Shown piece by piece: positions 49,449-63,249 of a stretch of DNA of 64,000 bases. How positions within the stretch are numbered: the first letter of the stretch is position 1; the number at the start of each line of letters is the position of its first letter. A model generated the notes under the pieces. That model was given only the letters and a program-made list of their open reading frames with translations. It searched no databases and was not told where the DNA came from. Source of the stretch: Octopus sinensis (taxonomy: Eukaryota); assembly GCF_006345805.1 (NCBI RefSeq), contig NC_043000.1:73904001-73968000 (forward strand), written 5' to 3'. The position numbers were made by a program, and so were the translations under genes.

Positions 49449-51074
49449 TAGTAGATCTATATTGCTTCACTGTGTGCTATTATCACGGGTTAAGCAGTCA
49501 CCGTTCGCATGCTGTGCGTGTGTTTTCACATGACTGATGCAAACGAGAACCTTGCTGTCCCCACTTTTCAGTATGCATGTTATGGGTTTTACTTTGTGCA
49601 TTTCCCATGTGCATTAGTATTTTCTAACTAACCTCCAAATTATTTTACTCCCAAATGCCGAAAAGTAAAAATAAATTTTGCGATGAATATTCTAAAAGGT
49701 GAAAAATTCTTTAACAAGAAAAAGGTTGTTTTGAAGTTGATTGCGGAGTATGTAATTGTGTTTTCAAAACTGAATGTGGTGGGAAGTCGCATAGAGAAAC
49801 AGCAAAGTATAAACAATGCCTACTATTCTAGGGTCACTGAACAACAAAAATATCATATTTCTTGATTAAAAGAATATACAAGATAGTAACTGCAGAAGTT
49901 ACTGCTTTCCACACAGTACAGTATCATCAGTTGTTCAGATAAAATGATTTTATGATAGAACTAACAGCGTGAAAGAACTTCTACCAGTATTTTTCGATTT
50001 CACAACTGTAAGTAATTTTCATTGCTCCATACTCAATTTCACTGATAGTGAAAGATTAAAACGATTTGATTTTTTATGGCATTTCCAAGTGAGGCCCCAG
50101 CTTTTACAGAAAAACTAGTCTTTGATGGGTTTTTGCACAGAGGTGTGTATAATGTTGTAGCAGGGATTCGATACCAAATCTCTTGATACAGAGTCAGATA
50201 TCATGAGCAAACTGCACCTAATGAAAGTCATGTGATGTTGAAGTTATTGCCATTAAATTTTCATTTATACTGTTGGAACTGAAAAGTTAAAAGACTTCGA
50301 TCTTTTCTATTTGGCTCTCACTTTTCAATTAATTTAATTTTGTTCTAATTGATTTCATATTTGGTATATTGATGTAGTTTTGTATGCTAATTATGGAAAT
50401 GAAATTCATTTTTGCTTTAAACTAATAAATAAAAAGTTAATAGTTTTGAAAATTTGCAAATCTTAGGTAATTTTAACCAATCAAAAGCCACAGACATATT
50501 GGTGTCTATTAACATAATAACAAGCCAAGATATCATCTTCTATGGGAAGGGTGTTGAGATGGACAAAATAGTCTTCTGAAGACATAGATACAACCAAGAA
50601 AGGGTGCTACCTGAGCAGTGAGTTTTTGGTAGAAGATACCAAAATTGTAATTTGTTTGACAAACTCCAGATTGTTTACATAAACTGGTAATGTTTTGTCT
50701 TACGTTGTCATAGACAGCTATCACACAGAAAACCACAGCTTCAAAATCCTGTTTTCTGATTGAATTAAAATAATCAAACTTTAAACCTGTTACAGTTTTC
50801 TAAAATTTTTCTGGGGCAAGAATAAGATCAGATTCAGTGTGAAAAAGCACGTTAAAATACCAAATAGGAACATTTTTACTTTTACTTAATTTTAAAATCT
50901 CAAAAAGTGTGAGCCAAACAAAAAAGATCCAATTTAAAAAAAAAAATTGTTACAGTTCTAAAACTCGCTGGATCTTCTCCAAGAATATTCTGAAATCCTC
51001 ATAAACATGTAAAAGGAATAGTGAAAAGTTTACGCTTTAACTATCAAGTCTTATCTTAACAGGGAACAAAGTTT

Positions 51075-51803
51075 GGGATCTTTTCCTTTTGAACGGCAGT
51101 TTTCAACACAATTTCTAGTTAACTAAACACTTTTAAACTTCGTATACTGGCAGAATGTGTCAAAATAAAACATTTTTTTCTCTTGGCTTTCTTGAGAAAA
51201 TTGTAATTTGTAAGTTTAACCAATCCTATGGCCTCTATTGAGCTAAAATCATTTGCTGCGTCTAAAACAGACAACGTCCTGTCACTAACCCTAACCCTAA
51301 ATTTTAGCTTTTCGTTTTTTTCTTAATTATTAAATTAATTTAAGGATAACAATTAAGAAAAAAAACGAAAGACTAAAACGAAAGCAATGGAAAATAATTC
51401 TAATTTAACAATTAAGAAAAAAAAAAACGAAAGGCTAAAACGAAAGCAAAGACTCAAAACAAAAACAAAACGAATAATTTTAGACACACGCATAACAAAA
51501 AATTAATTTAACAATTAAGAAAAATAAACCGAATTATAAAATTTAGGGTTAGAGTTAGGGTTAGGTGACAGGATGTTGTCTCAGTTTTAGACGCAGCAAA
51601 TGATTTTAGCTCAATAGAGGCCATAGGATTGGTTAAAATTCGAAAAATTAAACTACGTTAAACTTACAAATTACAATTTTCTCAAGAAAGCCAAGAGAAA
51701 AAAAATGTTTTACTTTGACACATTCTACCAGTATACGAAGTTTAAAAGTGTTTAGTTAACTAGAAATTGTGTTGAAAACTGCCGTTCAAAAGGAAAAGAT
51801 CCC
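51075..51803. mobile_element. MITE with ~230-bp TIRs ending internally in TTAGGG-like repeats
   Basis: GGGATCTTTTCCTTTTGAACGGCAG... matches reverse complement ...CTGCCGTTCAAAAGGAAAAGATCCC; TAACCCTAACCCTAA and TAGGGTTAGAGTTAGGG at the inner TIR ends. Confidence 0.85.
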
Positions 51804-51930
51804 AAAATTCGAATTAGAAGTGGATAATTATTGCGGCATAATATATGGCTATCTTGTGAAATGGATTTCATGATTTTACATTGAAGCTACAAAAATACTC
51901 TTCCAATAAAGGAACAAGTTTCAGTCATCA

Positions 51931-52310
51931 AGCTGACAGAAACGTTAGCACGCCGGACGAGATTCTTAGCGGTATTTCGTCTGCCGCTACGTTCTGAGTT
52001 CAAATTCCGCCAAGGTCGACTTTGCCTTTCATCCTTTCGGGGTCGATTAAATAAGTACCAGTTATGCACTGGGGTCGATATAATCGACTTAATCCGTTTG
52101 TCCTCTCTGTGTTTATCCCCTTGTGGGTAGTAAAGAAATAGGTATTTTGTCCGTCTTTACGGTCTGAGTTCAAATTCCACCAAGGTCGACTTTATCTTTC
52201 ACCCTCTCGGGTTCGATAAAATAAGTACCAGCTGAGCACTGGGGTGGATGTAATCAAGTTACCCCTTCTCTCGAACTTACTAGCCTTGTGCCAAAAACTG
52301 AAACCAATAT
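51931..52310 (+). mobile_element. tRNA-related SINE with internal duplication
   Basis: AGCTGACAGAAACGTTAG head; B-box-like GAGTTCAAATTCC occurs twice, each followed by GGTCGACTTT..TCCTT..GGGGTCGAT..AAGTACCAG. Confidence 0.7.
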
Positions 52311-52444
52311 GGGAACAAGTGGAATCATTAAATAAGGGGGTAAAAATATTGACGACTGTTCTTTTTTGTTAGGGGCCATTATTTTTGTTTTTTAAATCGA
52401 ACAGGACAAATAAAGCTATGAAAAATAGTATTTAACAAATTCTC

Positions 52445-53313
52445 GGTTAATGCTGACATTATAACCCGAAAACAAAATTAAAATATAGTGTAACAGGTCT
52501 AAAAAAAAGGTATAGGAAACGAATATGAAAACAAAAATGCCTGGAAGGCAGCAGGGGTGAGGTGGGGTGGGGGAGAGAGGCCTTCGGAAAAATTCACAAG
52601 ATCCGATGTTTTCCCTTCATAACTAATAGGAAAATGTTTTTTTTTAAATGAAGTTTTATATAAATACCTTTGAAGTGGTATAGATTACAATTATAAAGAA
52701 ATTTGTGGGGAAAATATTTTCTATTCACAAGATCCGAGTTTTTCCCACGTAACTTTCAGGAAAATATAATCCTTTTGAAATCACAAATTAGGTTTTTCCT
52801 TAGGAACTTAGATGCTAAACATCCCTTTGAAGGGTTCGGGTCCTTACTCTACTATAAACACACACACATAGTAGAAGGACCCGAACCCTTCAAAGGGATA
52901 TTTAGCATTTAAGTTTCTGAGGAAAAGCCTAATTTATAATTTCAAAAGGATTATATTTTCCCCAAAGTTACGAGGGAAAACTCGGATCTTGTGAATTTTC
53001 CGAAGTATTCTCCCCACCCCCCCAGAAAAGCTTTTCCCCACAAATTTCTTTATAATCGTAATCTATACCGTTTGAAAGATATTTATATGAAATTTCATTA
53101 AAAAAAATACTCATTTTCCTAAAAGTTATGAGGGAAAAAACATCGGATCTTGTGAATTTTCCGAAGGCCTCTTCCCGCGCCCCGTTGTTTTCCGTGCATT
53201 TTTGTTTTCATATTTCGTTTCCTAAACCTTTTTTTTTTTTTTACACCCGTTGCACTATTATTATTTTTTTTTTTTTTCGATTTCATTTCCGGGTAATAAT
53301 GTCAACATTAACC
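52445..53313. mobile_element. Foldback element: whole-length inverted repeat with probable 8-bp TSD
   Basis: Arms pair from GGTTAATG/CATTAACC inward to a 12-nt loop at 52856-52867; flanks AAATTCTC / CAATTCTC. Confidence 0.8.
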
Positions 53314-56254
53314 CAATTCTCAGAGTTGCTAATTTTATACGAGAACTTGTTCAGCTTACTGGCTCATAATAATTTTTTCTCAATGAATGTTCAAGGGACA
53401 AATGAGGAAAATTTAAAAAAAATCAAAAGTTGACTGTCCCTACAAGATGTTACAATGTAAGTGAATCGAGTGTCACTGCAAAGAATTATAAATTTTGTAA
53501 AGCAAAGATCTTTTGGAAAGGCTAAAGCCATCAGCGAATTATAAAGGTAAGCTTGTTAAATATGTATCTTATTTAAGTTTTTTCTCATTTTTGTGAAACC
53601 AATTTTTAACATTAATCTGTATCTACAATCTGCGTGCATATAAATTAGAATTCATTTGAATGTTAATGTGGATATGCCCCGTGACGACACTAATCAAAGC
53701 TGATACAAGAATAAACTCTCTGGCTATAATTTTGCATCACAGACAAAATAAATCTGATAGCAGTTGCTGTAAAATTTGCTTCCCGGAATGAAAATTAGCA
53801 AAGGAATTTCGGTTAATTCCGACTATTCGGAGAGTAAGCTGAGTTGAATAATAAAATTTTATTACAGCCCTTTTCTTTATTAGAATGGCATGCTATAATT
53901 GATAAAAATTTGAAATACTACTTTTCAAAACTTCCAGTTGCAAAATATAGGTTACGGTCGTATTTTTTCTGCTGAATGTAAATAAAGTCAAAGTGGTAAA
54001 AATCACAGAAAAAGTCACAATTTTAGCTTGTAAAGGAAAGTGAGTAGAAAAACTGTTACATTTCATTTAAATACCATAAAAATTTAAATAATTAAAATAA
54101 TATCTTAAGTCATTTCTAAACATAACTTGTATGTACAATCTTAATACAATTTTTGTAATGGCATTTCTCATGAAAAGAAAAAGTTTTATTCAATGAAACA
54201 AGGAAAAAAATATATCATTGATTTTTTTTTCTTGTGACAATTTTCCGCGGATTCTTAAAAATAACTCCGCAATACCTGATCAATACGAAAAGAAAAACTC
54301 AAAACTTTTCAAAAATAAAGTCATATACTAAATGACTTGGTTGTTATTTCTATTAAAAAAAAAGTTATTGAAATGAAACGCGACTTTTTCATGTACGTGT
54401 AAAAATTGTATTGTCTGTTAATGAGCAACCTAAAATATTATTTGTTTAATTACCTACATATATATTTATTTAAATGAAAAGTGACATTTTTCCCAAACCA
54501 AAATTATGAAATTTTTCACTGACTTTATTTCCGTTCACCGGTGTGTATCCCCACCAAGACTCCTGTTCTAGTATAATACAGAACACTTTTGTTTTAGGGA
54601 CCTCATACTTACATTAAAATATTCCATAATTTTATGCAGGAACATTTTATGTTTCAAAAACCAATTGGATTATGGAAAAACTAATTATTTTTGTAAATTC
54701 CCTCATACTCTGGATTACTTTTGAAAAATAATATGATTACGAAAAAGTTGTAAACGATCCTTTGACGAATCAAAGCGGACTAGCAAACGAAATTTACGAT
54801 AAGTGAAAATAATATATAAACTAAGCGTAAGTTTGATCGTCAGTACAAATAAATGTACTTGGAAACAGTTTGCTGTTTAAGAAATATACTTTTAGTACCT
54901 ATCCAGGGTGTTTTTGTCTACTGATTGCGTGGATGATCTCACTTGATTGAAGTTTTTCTATAGACAGTATTTATTACATGTGTGATACCCTATGTAAAAG
55001 AACAGTTGCAGGTAATATTTAAGTTTTGTCTACAAAACTTACAAAATACACAGAAAACAAAAATATTCGTTGCGAAATTAGTATATGGTGAAAGAAATAA
55101 TGTTTTGAAATAATTAAACATTTTCATTCAATAATTTATACTTTAGGTAAACACTATTTAAACTTTTGATTGTAATATTCAAAGAGAATAAGCTTAGCAA
55201 GTAATTATATAGAATAACTACTGAAAAGGGTGCGGGTAATTTAAAGCTGGCTATAGCGACTGCTAATTTATATGCGCAACAGTTTATATTATTGTGACAG
55301 TCCAGATCTACGAGGCGAAATATTTAATGTTTGGAACTTGTGAGTCGAAGAAATATAATTTTGTGTCATTGATTTAAACGTAACGTACAGTAGATTAATT
55401 GGTTATATTTTAAAATATTAAATGTTATGATTGTTCTGTACTTCTGTGTAGACATATATCTACTGAATTACGATTATATTTCTTTTTACCAATAGGTAAA
55501 TATGTTTCATTTCGCTGTTGCATATCTAAACAACTGAGCCAACGAGAGATCTACACAGGCGTTGGGCTGCTAGACGTAGTAAAGTTCACATGCTACCGAT
55601 TTAAAACATGAAGGACACATAGGCCAGTGTAGTGTTAAATGTTAAAAAAAAAAGATGATCATAGGTTTGATTGTTCCTTATAGACAATTGCCCGGTTGGA
55701 CAACACTGATCACAAACGAGGCAATCCTACATGGTCACTTGGCTTGCTAAAAAACGCAGTCAAATCTCCTGTAAATTTTTACTGTCTCAGAAAAAGCAAC
55801 ATTGTTCGGTGTACAATTCCAGAATCCCCCCCCCCCAGAAAACGATATAGTAATGGCAGGAATGGCAAAGAAATCATAGGTATGTCTGTTCTATCAGAGC
55901 TTACTTCAGGTTAAATCGTCAGTGATTGTTAACTTGCATACAATGAAAAAAGTTAAGATTTTTAAAACTGTAAATAATATATATATATATATATATGTTA
56001 GAGGGAAACCACTATGTGGACACCCATATGCTAGAAATAAATTTAAAATTATATATATATATATATATATAATGAGTGGAAATGTTGGTGGTGAGTGTGT
56101 TCAAATTATCACCACGTCCATTGGACAAGGATCAAGGTGTAGGAAGTTAGTAGGCTTCAAGCAATGCGTAGAAGATATAGTACATAAAGAAAAAACAACT
56201 TTGAGGAACAATAATGGTTTATTAGTGTAGAAAAATTAAATGGAAATTGTAGTA

Positions 56255-56579
56255 ATGATCCCTGTGCCGGTGGCATGTAAACAGCACCATCTGAACATGG
56301 CTGATGCCAGCGCCGCCTTGACTGGCTTCTGTGCCGGTGGCACGTAAAAAGCACCACCCGATTGTGGCCGCTGCCAGCCACACCTGGCCCCTGTGCCGGT
56401 GGCACGTAAAAAACACCCACTACACTCTCGGAATGGTTGGTGTTAGGAAGGGCATCCAGCTGTAGAAACACTGCCAAATCAGACTGGAGCCTGGTGCAGC
56501 CACCTGCTTTCCCAGATCCCCGGTCGAACCGTCCAACCCATGCTAGCATGGAAAGTGGACGTTAAACGATGATGATGAT
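56255..56579 (+). mobile_element. RTE 3' UTR-only insertion with (GAT)n tail
   Basis: Matches about 41780-42097. Confidence 0.88.
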
Positions 56580-57221
56580 ATGTGTGTGTGTGTGTATGTA
56601 TATATATATATATCAATCATGCATTGCATAAAATATATTATATTTATTAAACACACACATTGTTATTATTATTGAGTGAGAGAGCAGTGCATGCCATCAA
56701 AATGATACTGGGGTAAAATATCTGAAACCCCATCATGACTACCTGTCTGATAAGGATACACCATGCATATGTATCACAGCGCATGACCTTGCAGGTGGGG
56801 CCCAGTTAGAATTTTCTTCAAGCTGAGTAGCCCATTCTGCTCAAAATGTTACTGAATAAGGGTTGTTTAAGGTTGAACAAAACACCCATGTTTCCAGAGG
56901 TGAATTATCCAAACTCCAAAGAATTCCTCTCAATACATGGCTGTGATGCTACCCCACTGTTCATGATCAGAGATGCACATATTGTCAGCCACTAAGAGAC
57001 ATGCTGCACTGGTTAAGGTCAAACAACTTACAAGCAAATCTGTGGTATTGAGCAGAATATTTGCTGTAGCCTATCTTTTATACCAAGACAAAACAATGTA
57101 CATGATAACACTTCCAATCAGTTAAGATGAGAAGCCATGAGAGCTACTGCCTGATATTGCATTAGGGCATTTATTATAATAATAATGATAATAATAATAA
57201 TAATAATAATAATATACATTA

Positions 57222-57375
57222 TAGGTATGGCTGTGTAGCAAGAAGTCTGCTTCCTAACCACATGGTTCTGAATTCAGTCTCACTGTCTGGCACAGTGGGC
57301 AAGTATCTTCTATGATAGCCCCAGGCTAAGCAAAGCCTTGTGTGTGGATTTGGTAGATGGAAACTAAAAGCCTGC
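57222..57375 (+). mobile_element. Degenerate tRNA-SINE 5' part (family of 26101-26503)
   Basis: TGGCTGTGTAG..GAATTCAGTCTCACTG..GGGCAAGT..GGATTTGGTAGATGGAAACT. Confidence 0.7.
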
Positions 57376-57394
57376 TGTTGTTGTTGTTTGTGTA

Positions 57395-59325
57395 TCATCA
57401 TCATCATCATCATTTAGCATTCATTTTCCATGCTGACATGGGTTAGATGGTTTGACTGGAACTGGTAAGCCAGAGAACTGCACCAGGCTCCAGTCTGTTT
57501 TGGCTTGGCTTCTACAGCCTGGTTCCCTTCCTAATGCCAACCACTCCACAGAGTGTACCAAATGCCTTTATTGTGTCACTGACACTGGTGCCTATAATAT
57601 GTCACAGGCATGAGTGCCATTTTTGTGTCACTAGGGCAGGTGTTTTTTATGTGTTACCAGCACCAGTCATGACTATAATTTCACTAAGCTTGATATATCT
57701 TCTCAAGCATAGCAAATTGCTAATTGTCTCAGTTATTTATCACCACCTCTGGGAAACTCAACATCCAAAGATCATATTTCACTACCTCATCCCACCTCTT
57801 CCCGGGTCTACCACTTCCACAGGTTCCCTCCTCAGTTATAGATCAGCATTTCTTTATGCAGCTGTCTATATGCATGACATGACCGTACCAGTACAATCTT
57901 CTCTCTTGCACACTACATCTGATGCCTCTTATACTCAGTTTTTCTCGTAAGACACTCACACTTTGTCATACACGCACACTGACATTGCACATCCAGTAGA
58001 GCATTCTAGCTCCATTTCTTTCAAGCCTTCACATATCCTCTACAGTCACAGTCCATGTTTCACTGTCATATAGCATAGATGTTTGCACACAGGCATCATA
58101 CACTCTGTTTTTCATTCTGAGGGAGAGGACCTTTTTTACCCTGAACTGTCCCGGCCCATTCTTATACTAGCAGCTACATTCTCAGAGCATCCTCCTCCAC
58201 TGCTGATTTGGTCACCTAAGTAACAGAAGTTATCTACTACTTCTAGATATTCCCCCAGGTATTTAACAAAGTCTGTTCTTTGTACATTCCTAGTGTTTAT
58301 TGTGCCTACACATCTTCCACACAAAATGACTGCATTCCCTGTTAGCCTTCCTCTGATACTGCTGCACCTCTTATATATCCAAAACTTACACTGGGTACAC
58401 CTTATGAAGTTTCTACCTATACCTTTTGCACATATTGAGCAGGGCCATCTCCCTGAAAGGATTTGTAACTTGTTTGTTTTCCTACTTACTAAAATTTGGT
58501 CTTTGCTAAATCAACTCTAAGGCTCTTTGATTTCAAACCTTGCTTCCACACTTGAAATTTTTTTCTACTTCTGGTAGTGATTCAGCTATAAGAACAAGGT
58601 CATCAGTATCAAGGATGTCCCAAGGGCAGTCCTTCAAAAATTCCTCTGTTATGGTCTAGAAGACTATGATGAACAAGAGAGGGCAGAGAACCAATCGCTA
58701 GTGAACTGCTAGCTGTACACTGAATTCATTGCTGTACTTGTTGCAAATTTTCACCTTATTATCAGCATCCTTGTACATGGCTTGTATGACTCTCACCAAC
58801 CACTCACCTATCCTTAACTTCCTCATTGACCACCTGATAAGGGAGCGGGATACCTTGTCATAGGCTTTCTCTATGTCAACAAAAGCCAGGTACATAGGTT
58901 TATTTTTGGCTAACTACTTCTCCTATAGCTACCTTACCAGGAGTATAGCAACTGTAGTGCTTCCCCCAACCACAAACCAAACTGCATCTCATCTACATTA
59001 ACTCTCTTCCTAATTAGTTCAACTATGACCCTTTCTGTAACTTTCATCATCTGGTCCAACAGTTTGATACCTCTAATTATTTCTGTCTAAGGTGGCACCT
59101 TTACCTTTGTAGCAGTCATTGCATATGATTCCCTCATGGACAAGCTGATTAACTGTACAGGTTGCTAGACCATATCCTGCTCTGCCAAATCTTTTAAGCA
59201 TCTCAGCACTGATTCCTGATGGGCTTGAAGCTTCATATTCTTTCTTAGCTTTATCTACTAAGCTACTGTCTGTTCAGATAGCTGCTCCCTCTGTTGGGCC
59301 CACACTAGGAAGACTCTACATACAC
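57395..59325 (-). mobile_element. Degenerate RTE LINE (RT + 3' end)
   Basis: MYLAFVDIEKAYDKV, LEVVDNFCYLGDQISSGGGC; (CAT)n tail near 57400. Confidence 0.88.
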
Positions 59326-59366
59326 TCATGCATTTACTGCATATATATATATCTACATATACTTAT

Positions 59367-59451
<85 letters not shown>

Positions 59452-59487
59452 GTATATGTTATAATTTATAACAAGCAGTAAAAAGTT

Positions 59488-59558
59488 GTCATTATAGGCT
59501 CAGAGTTTCGAATGTTGGAGCGAAGAGCTATGATGCATTCTCATCGGTTATTAATGGC
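59488..59558 (-). ncRNA. Degenerate hammerhead-like motif
   Basis: Reverse complement CCGATGA GAATG...CATTC GAAAC TCTGA GCC; U4 and U16.1 positions are altered. Confidence 0.4.
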
Positions 59559-59858
59559 AACAAACGCTATGTAAAAACCGTTGAATAAAAGGGAAGTTAC
59601 TCTAATAGGTAGAGAGAGAAAAAAGATAAAATATACATGCCACCATATTCTCACAATAACATAGATATAAATCTCCTGCTTTCATAACATTTGCACATGT
59701 ACACACTCACACAAACATGTATACATACATGCACATACATGCACACAAACATGTGTATTTACGTATTCATACATACACATGTATCCACACACACTCACGC
59801 CATGATAGATCACTAGCCACTAAACCTATTTTATTTTCTCTCTCTTTATTTCTGTGTT

Positions 59859-59897
59859 CCTTTCTGTTGAAGAGCATAGGCTCGAAATGTAAAAGAC
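59859..59897 (+). ncRNA. Hammerhead-like motif (U6 variant family), CpG-decayed
   Basis: CCTTT CTGTTGA A GAGC ATAG GCTC GAAAT GTA AAAGAC. Confidence 0.5.
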
Positions 59898-60109
59898 TTT
59901 CTTACTTTCCGAGCATTAAACTAATACATCTGTTTGTGGTTTACACACCTGTCTTCATCTTTTATTTTTCTCATAAATCCTCACTATATATATATGTATA
60001 TGTGTACGCAACCTCATCCTCATATACACATAGGTGTTTACATGCATATGCGTAACATAATACATATATATTTAGACATACATATAAATATACGTAAATA
60101 TCCTTCTAT

Positions 60110-62833
60110 TCATTCATTCATTCCTCGGCCAACGATGTCCAAAGCAAGCTAAGAATTACTCATTTCATTTCTTTCGACCCCTTGTACTACATTCGCCACT
60201 AACACTTAAAATGTTTAATCTATTTACTAACTGTTTTTTTTTCATGAGCTAACTGTTGATATTGTCCCCCAAAATATAATTTTTAATTTTAGTCCTATCT
60301 AGTAAAGCTTATTATGATAATTATTTGTCTCTGTATGATGATAATTTGTTCATTTCTCTATGATAATTTGTTCGTTCTCTATGATATTATTTCTCTATTA
60401 TTCGTTCCTCCTCGTTCAGCTCACATTCTTATTTCCCATAATTTGTACTGTCCCCTTATCAAACCCGATCGCTTAATTCTTCTCATTCCTAGTTCCATAT
60501 CTCTGCTGCTCTGTCCCCAATCAAAACTTCGCCATTCGCGGTGCGCCCACCCTTTCCCACCCCCACCACCAATACCGGATAACACTATGTTTACACCATC
60601 TACACTGGATATCCCTTCTCCCACCACCATTACATGTGTCTATTCTTCCAACCCCTCCTCCTCAATATGCTATTTCACTATGTATTACCCTTGCTTCTCT
60701 TCCCTAAGACGGAAGCAGCTAGCGCAGCTGCTCACCAACCGTCCCACCTAACCAGTTATCTTACGTTTCTTTCCATTTTGAAATCTGTCACCACCTCAAC
60801 CGGCTATCTCCTTCCAGTCCCCTCCCTCACTCGTGATATCCTACGTTTCATTCTGTCTAGAACCTGCCACCACCCCTACCTGTCATCGCTTCTCCTAAGC
60901 CCCCCTCCCCACTGGTGCTGTTCCCTATATTACCTGCACTCTCTCCTCCATTCCTCCCCCACTTTCTCTCCCTCTCTCTTCTCTCTGCCGGAACCCTTCC
61001 CCGCCACAATGCAGCCAGTTTTCTGCTGGAATATCCATGTTTCTGCTACGCTGCTTAAAACTATGTCACTCAATGACCATAATATCAGTATTTCTGCCAC
61101 ACAGCTTACATCTACATCATCAATGACCTTAATGCTTATGCTTACAACGCTGCTAACACCAGCTCCTGCCTACAGCAGGGGCCACAACCTTAACATGCCT
61201 AAATGCTTGAATGTTGTCAGGTTGGAAGAGAGGTCAGATGAAAAATGCCTAAAAAACGATCACCACAACAACTCTCTTCTTTTCAGGCGCTGAATTGCAT
61301 CCCTCCTCCCCAAACCTCACCCCACATTACCTTCCCAGTTGACAGTTGGCACTGTCAATGTTGTTACACTGAAAGGTAGGTCTAGTGAGATTGCAGAGAT
61401 GCTTGAAAGAAGACGGGTTGATGTATGCTGCATACAAGAGGTAAGATGGAGAGTTGCTTCAGCTAGGGTCCTCACAGGCAAGGCACATAGGTATAAAGTC
61501 TTCTGGCAAGGTAACATGGATGGTGTAGGGGGTGTAGGCATTCTCCTTGTGGAGAAATGGGTGGATAGGGTCATAGAGGTTGTCAGGGTATGCGATAGAG
61601 TGCTCAAGCTCAGGTTAGTCCTACAGAATGGCACAGCTACGATTATCTCCGCCTATACCCCACATGCGGGGCTACCAAATGATCAGAAGGACCACTTTTA
61701 TGACACCCTTCTACAGGCTACCTCAAAGACGAGTGGCAAGGACCTCATCTTTGTGGCTGGAAACTTTAATGGGCATGTTGGGCAGGAATCGGGTATCTTC
61801 ACTGGGGTACACGGTGGCCATGGTATTGGCACCAGAAATGATGAGGGAGCTAGACTGCTGGAATTCTGTAATTCATGTAACCTTTTAATCTGCAACACTA
61901 ACTTCAGGAAGCCAGACTGCCACCTTATAACCTATCAGTCAAGGGACTCCGCTACCCAAATAGACTTCATCCTCACCAGACAGCGGGATGCAGCGTTGCT
62001 CTTAAATACAAAGACCCTCCCGGGTGAAGAATGTATCCCTCAGCATAGGCTAATCATTAGTGACTTTAGGCTTGAGGCCAGAAGGATACCAAGAAACAGA
62101 CCAATCTAGAAAAGAAGGATTTGGAAGCTAAAGAACCCTTCACATGGTCAGAGATTTAGGAACATCCTCATCAAGAAATTTGATGAGAGGGAGGAGGATC
62201 TACAGACATCAAACATAGAAGGTAGCTGGAAATTCCTACGGGACAGCTTGCTGAGTGCCACAGACCAAGTCTGTGGATGGTGCAAAGTCCCTTCCAGACC
62301 TAGAGTTATGTGGTGGTGGAATAGTACAGTAGACAGCCATTAGAGCAAAGAAACAGGCCTGGAGGGATGGGGGTAGCAGGGAACTGTATCAGATAGCCAA
62401 AAGGGAGGCTGGGCGGCAGGTATACATAGCCAAAGATGAAGCAGAAAAGAAGTTTTCCAATGTCCAGCGACGTGAGGACCAAAGAACTGAGGTATTTCGG
62501 ATTACAAGACAGTGTGTGAGAGAAAATAGTGATGTCACAGGAGAGAAATGCATCCGCATCAATGATGGTGCACTTGCTTTCAATGTTTCTGAAAAGAAAA
62601 AGGCGTGGAGAATGAATGGGAGAAGGAGAGCCTGCCAAATGTTGACCCAGTAGAGGGACCAGCTATCCGAATAGACAGCTCCCTAGTAGTTAAGGCAATT
62701 AAGAGTATGAAGCCAGGAAAAGCCCCCGGCCCATCAGGAATCACTGCTGAGATGCTTAAAATATCTGGTTGTGTAGGCTATGGCCTAGTCACCCGCATTG
62801 TAAACCAAGTAGTTCATAATGGAGTCATACCCA
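60110..62833 (+). mobile_element. RTE LINE 5' half: long pyrimidine-rich 5' UTR, APE (61339-62109), linker; 3'-truncated
   Basis: VGTVNV, VDVCCIQEVRW, AGNFNGHVG, QIDFILTR, QHRLIISD; paralogous to 11025-12750. The 5' boundary is approximate. Confidence 0.88.
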
Positions 62834-63249
62834 ATATATATATATATATAAATACATGCATATGCACCCTCCAATCACACACCTACACCTGCATACATAC
62901 AAATATGCATATCCATATAAATGAAGGGAACATGTGCATGAAAGTCGCACTTCTGCACCGGACACAGTCTTGCTCTCATATACATACATATACACATACA
63001 CTTATATATACATGCACACACATATACATATAAAATATAAACATACATATACATATACTCACATACGTATGCACTCATACAATTAAAAAGGAAAAAAGGG
63101 AGAAAATGAAAAAATATATAAATATAAAAAAAAAAGACATATGGGAAGTTTGTGCAGGAACATAGTAAAAATGTGGATTTTAGCTGTGATCTTGGGGGAG
63201 GGCCTAAAACCGTAACAGGTATTTTGTCACATATGGACATCATCCAAAA

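Noticed and set aside
50690-50760. Minus-strand candidate exon (KQDFEAVVFCVIAVYDN, donor gtaaga)
   Set aside because: Weak acceptor, no partner exon and no recognisable homology.
51285-51570. Telomere or chromosome-fusion remnant
   Set aside because: Only 2-3 TTAGGG units, embedded symmetrically in MITE TIRs.
61291-61341. Stop-codon readthrough from the upstream ORF into APE
   Set aside because: In frame only in this copy; the 11-kb paralogue is offset by 2 nt, so an indel is the simpler explanation.
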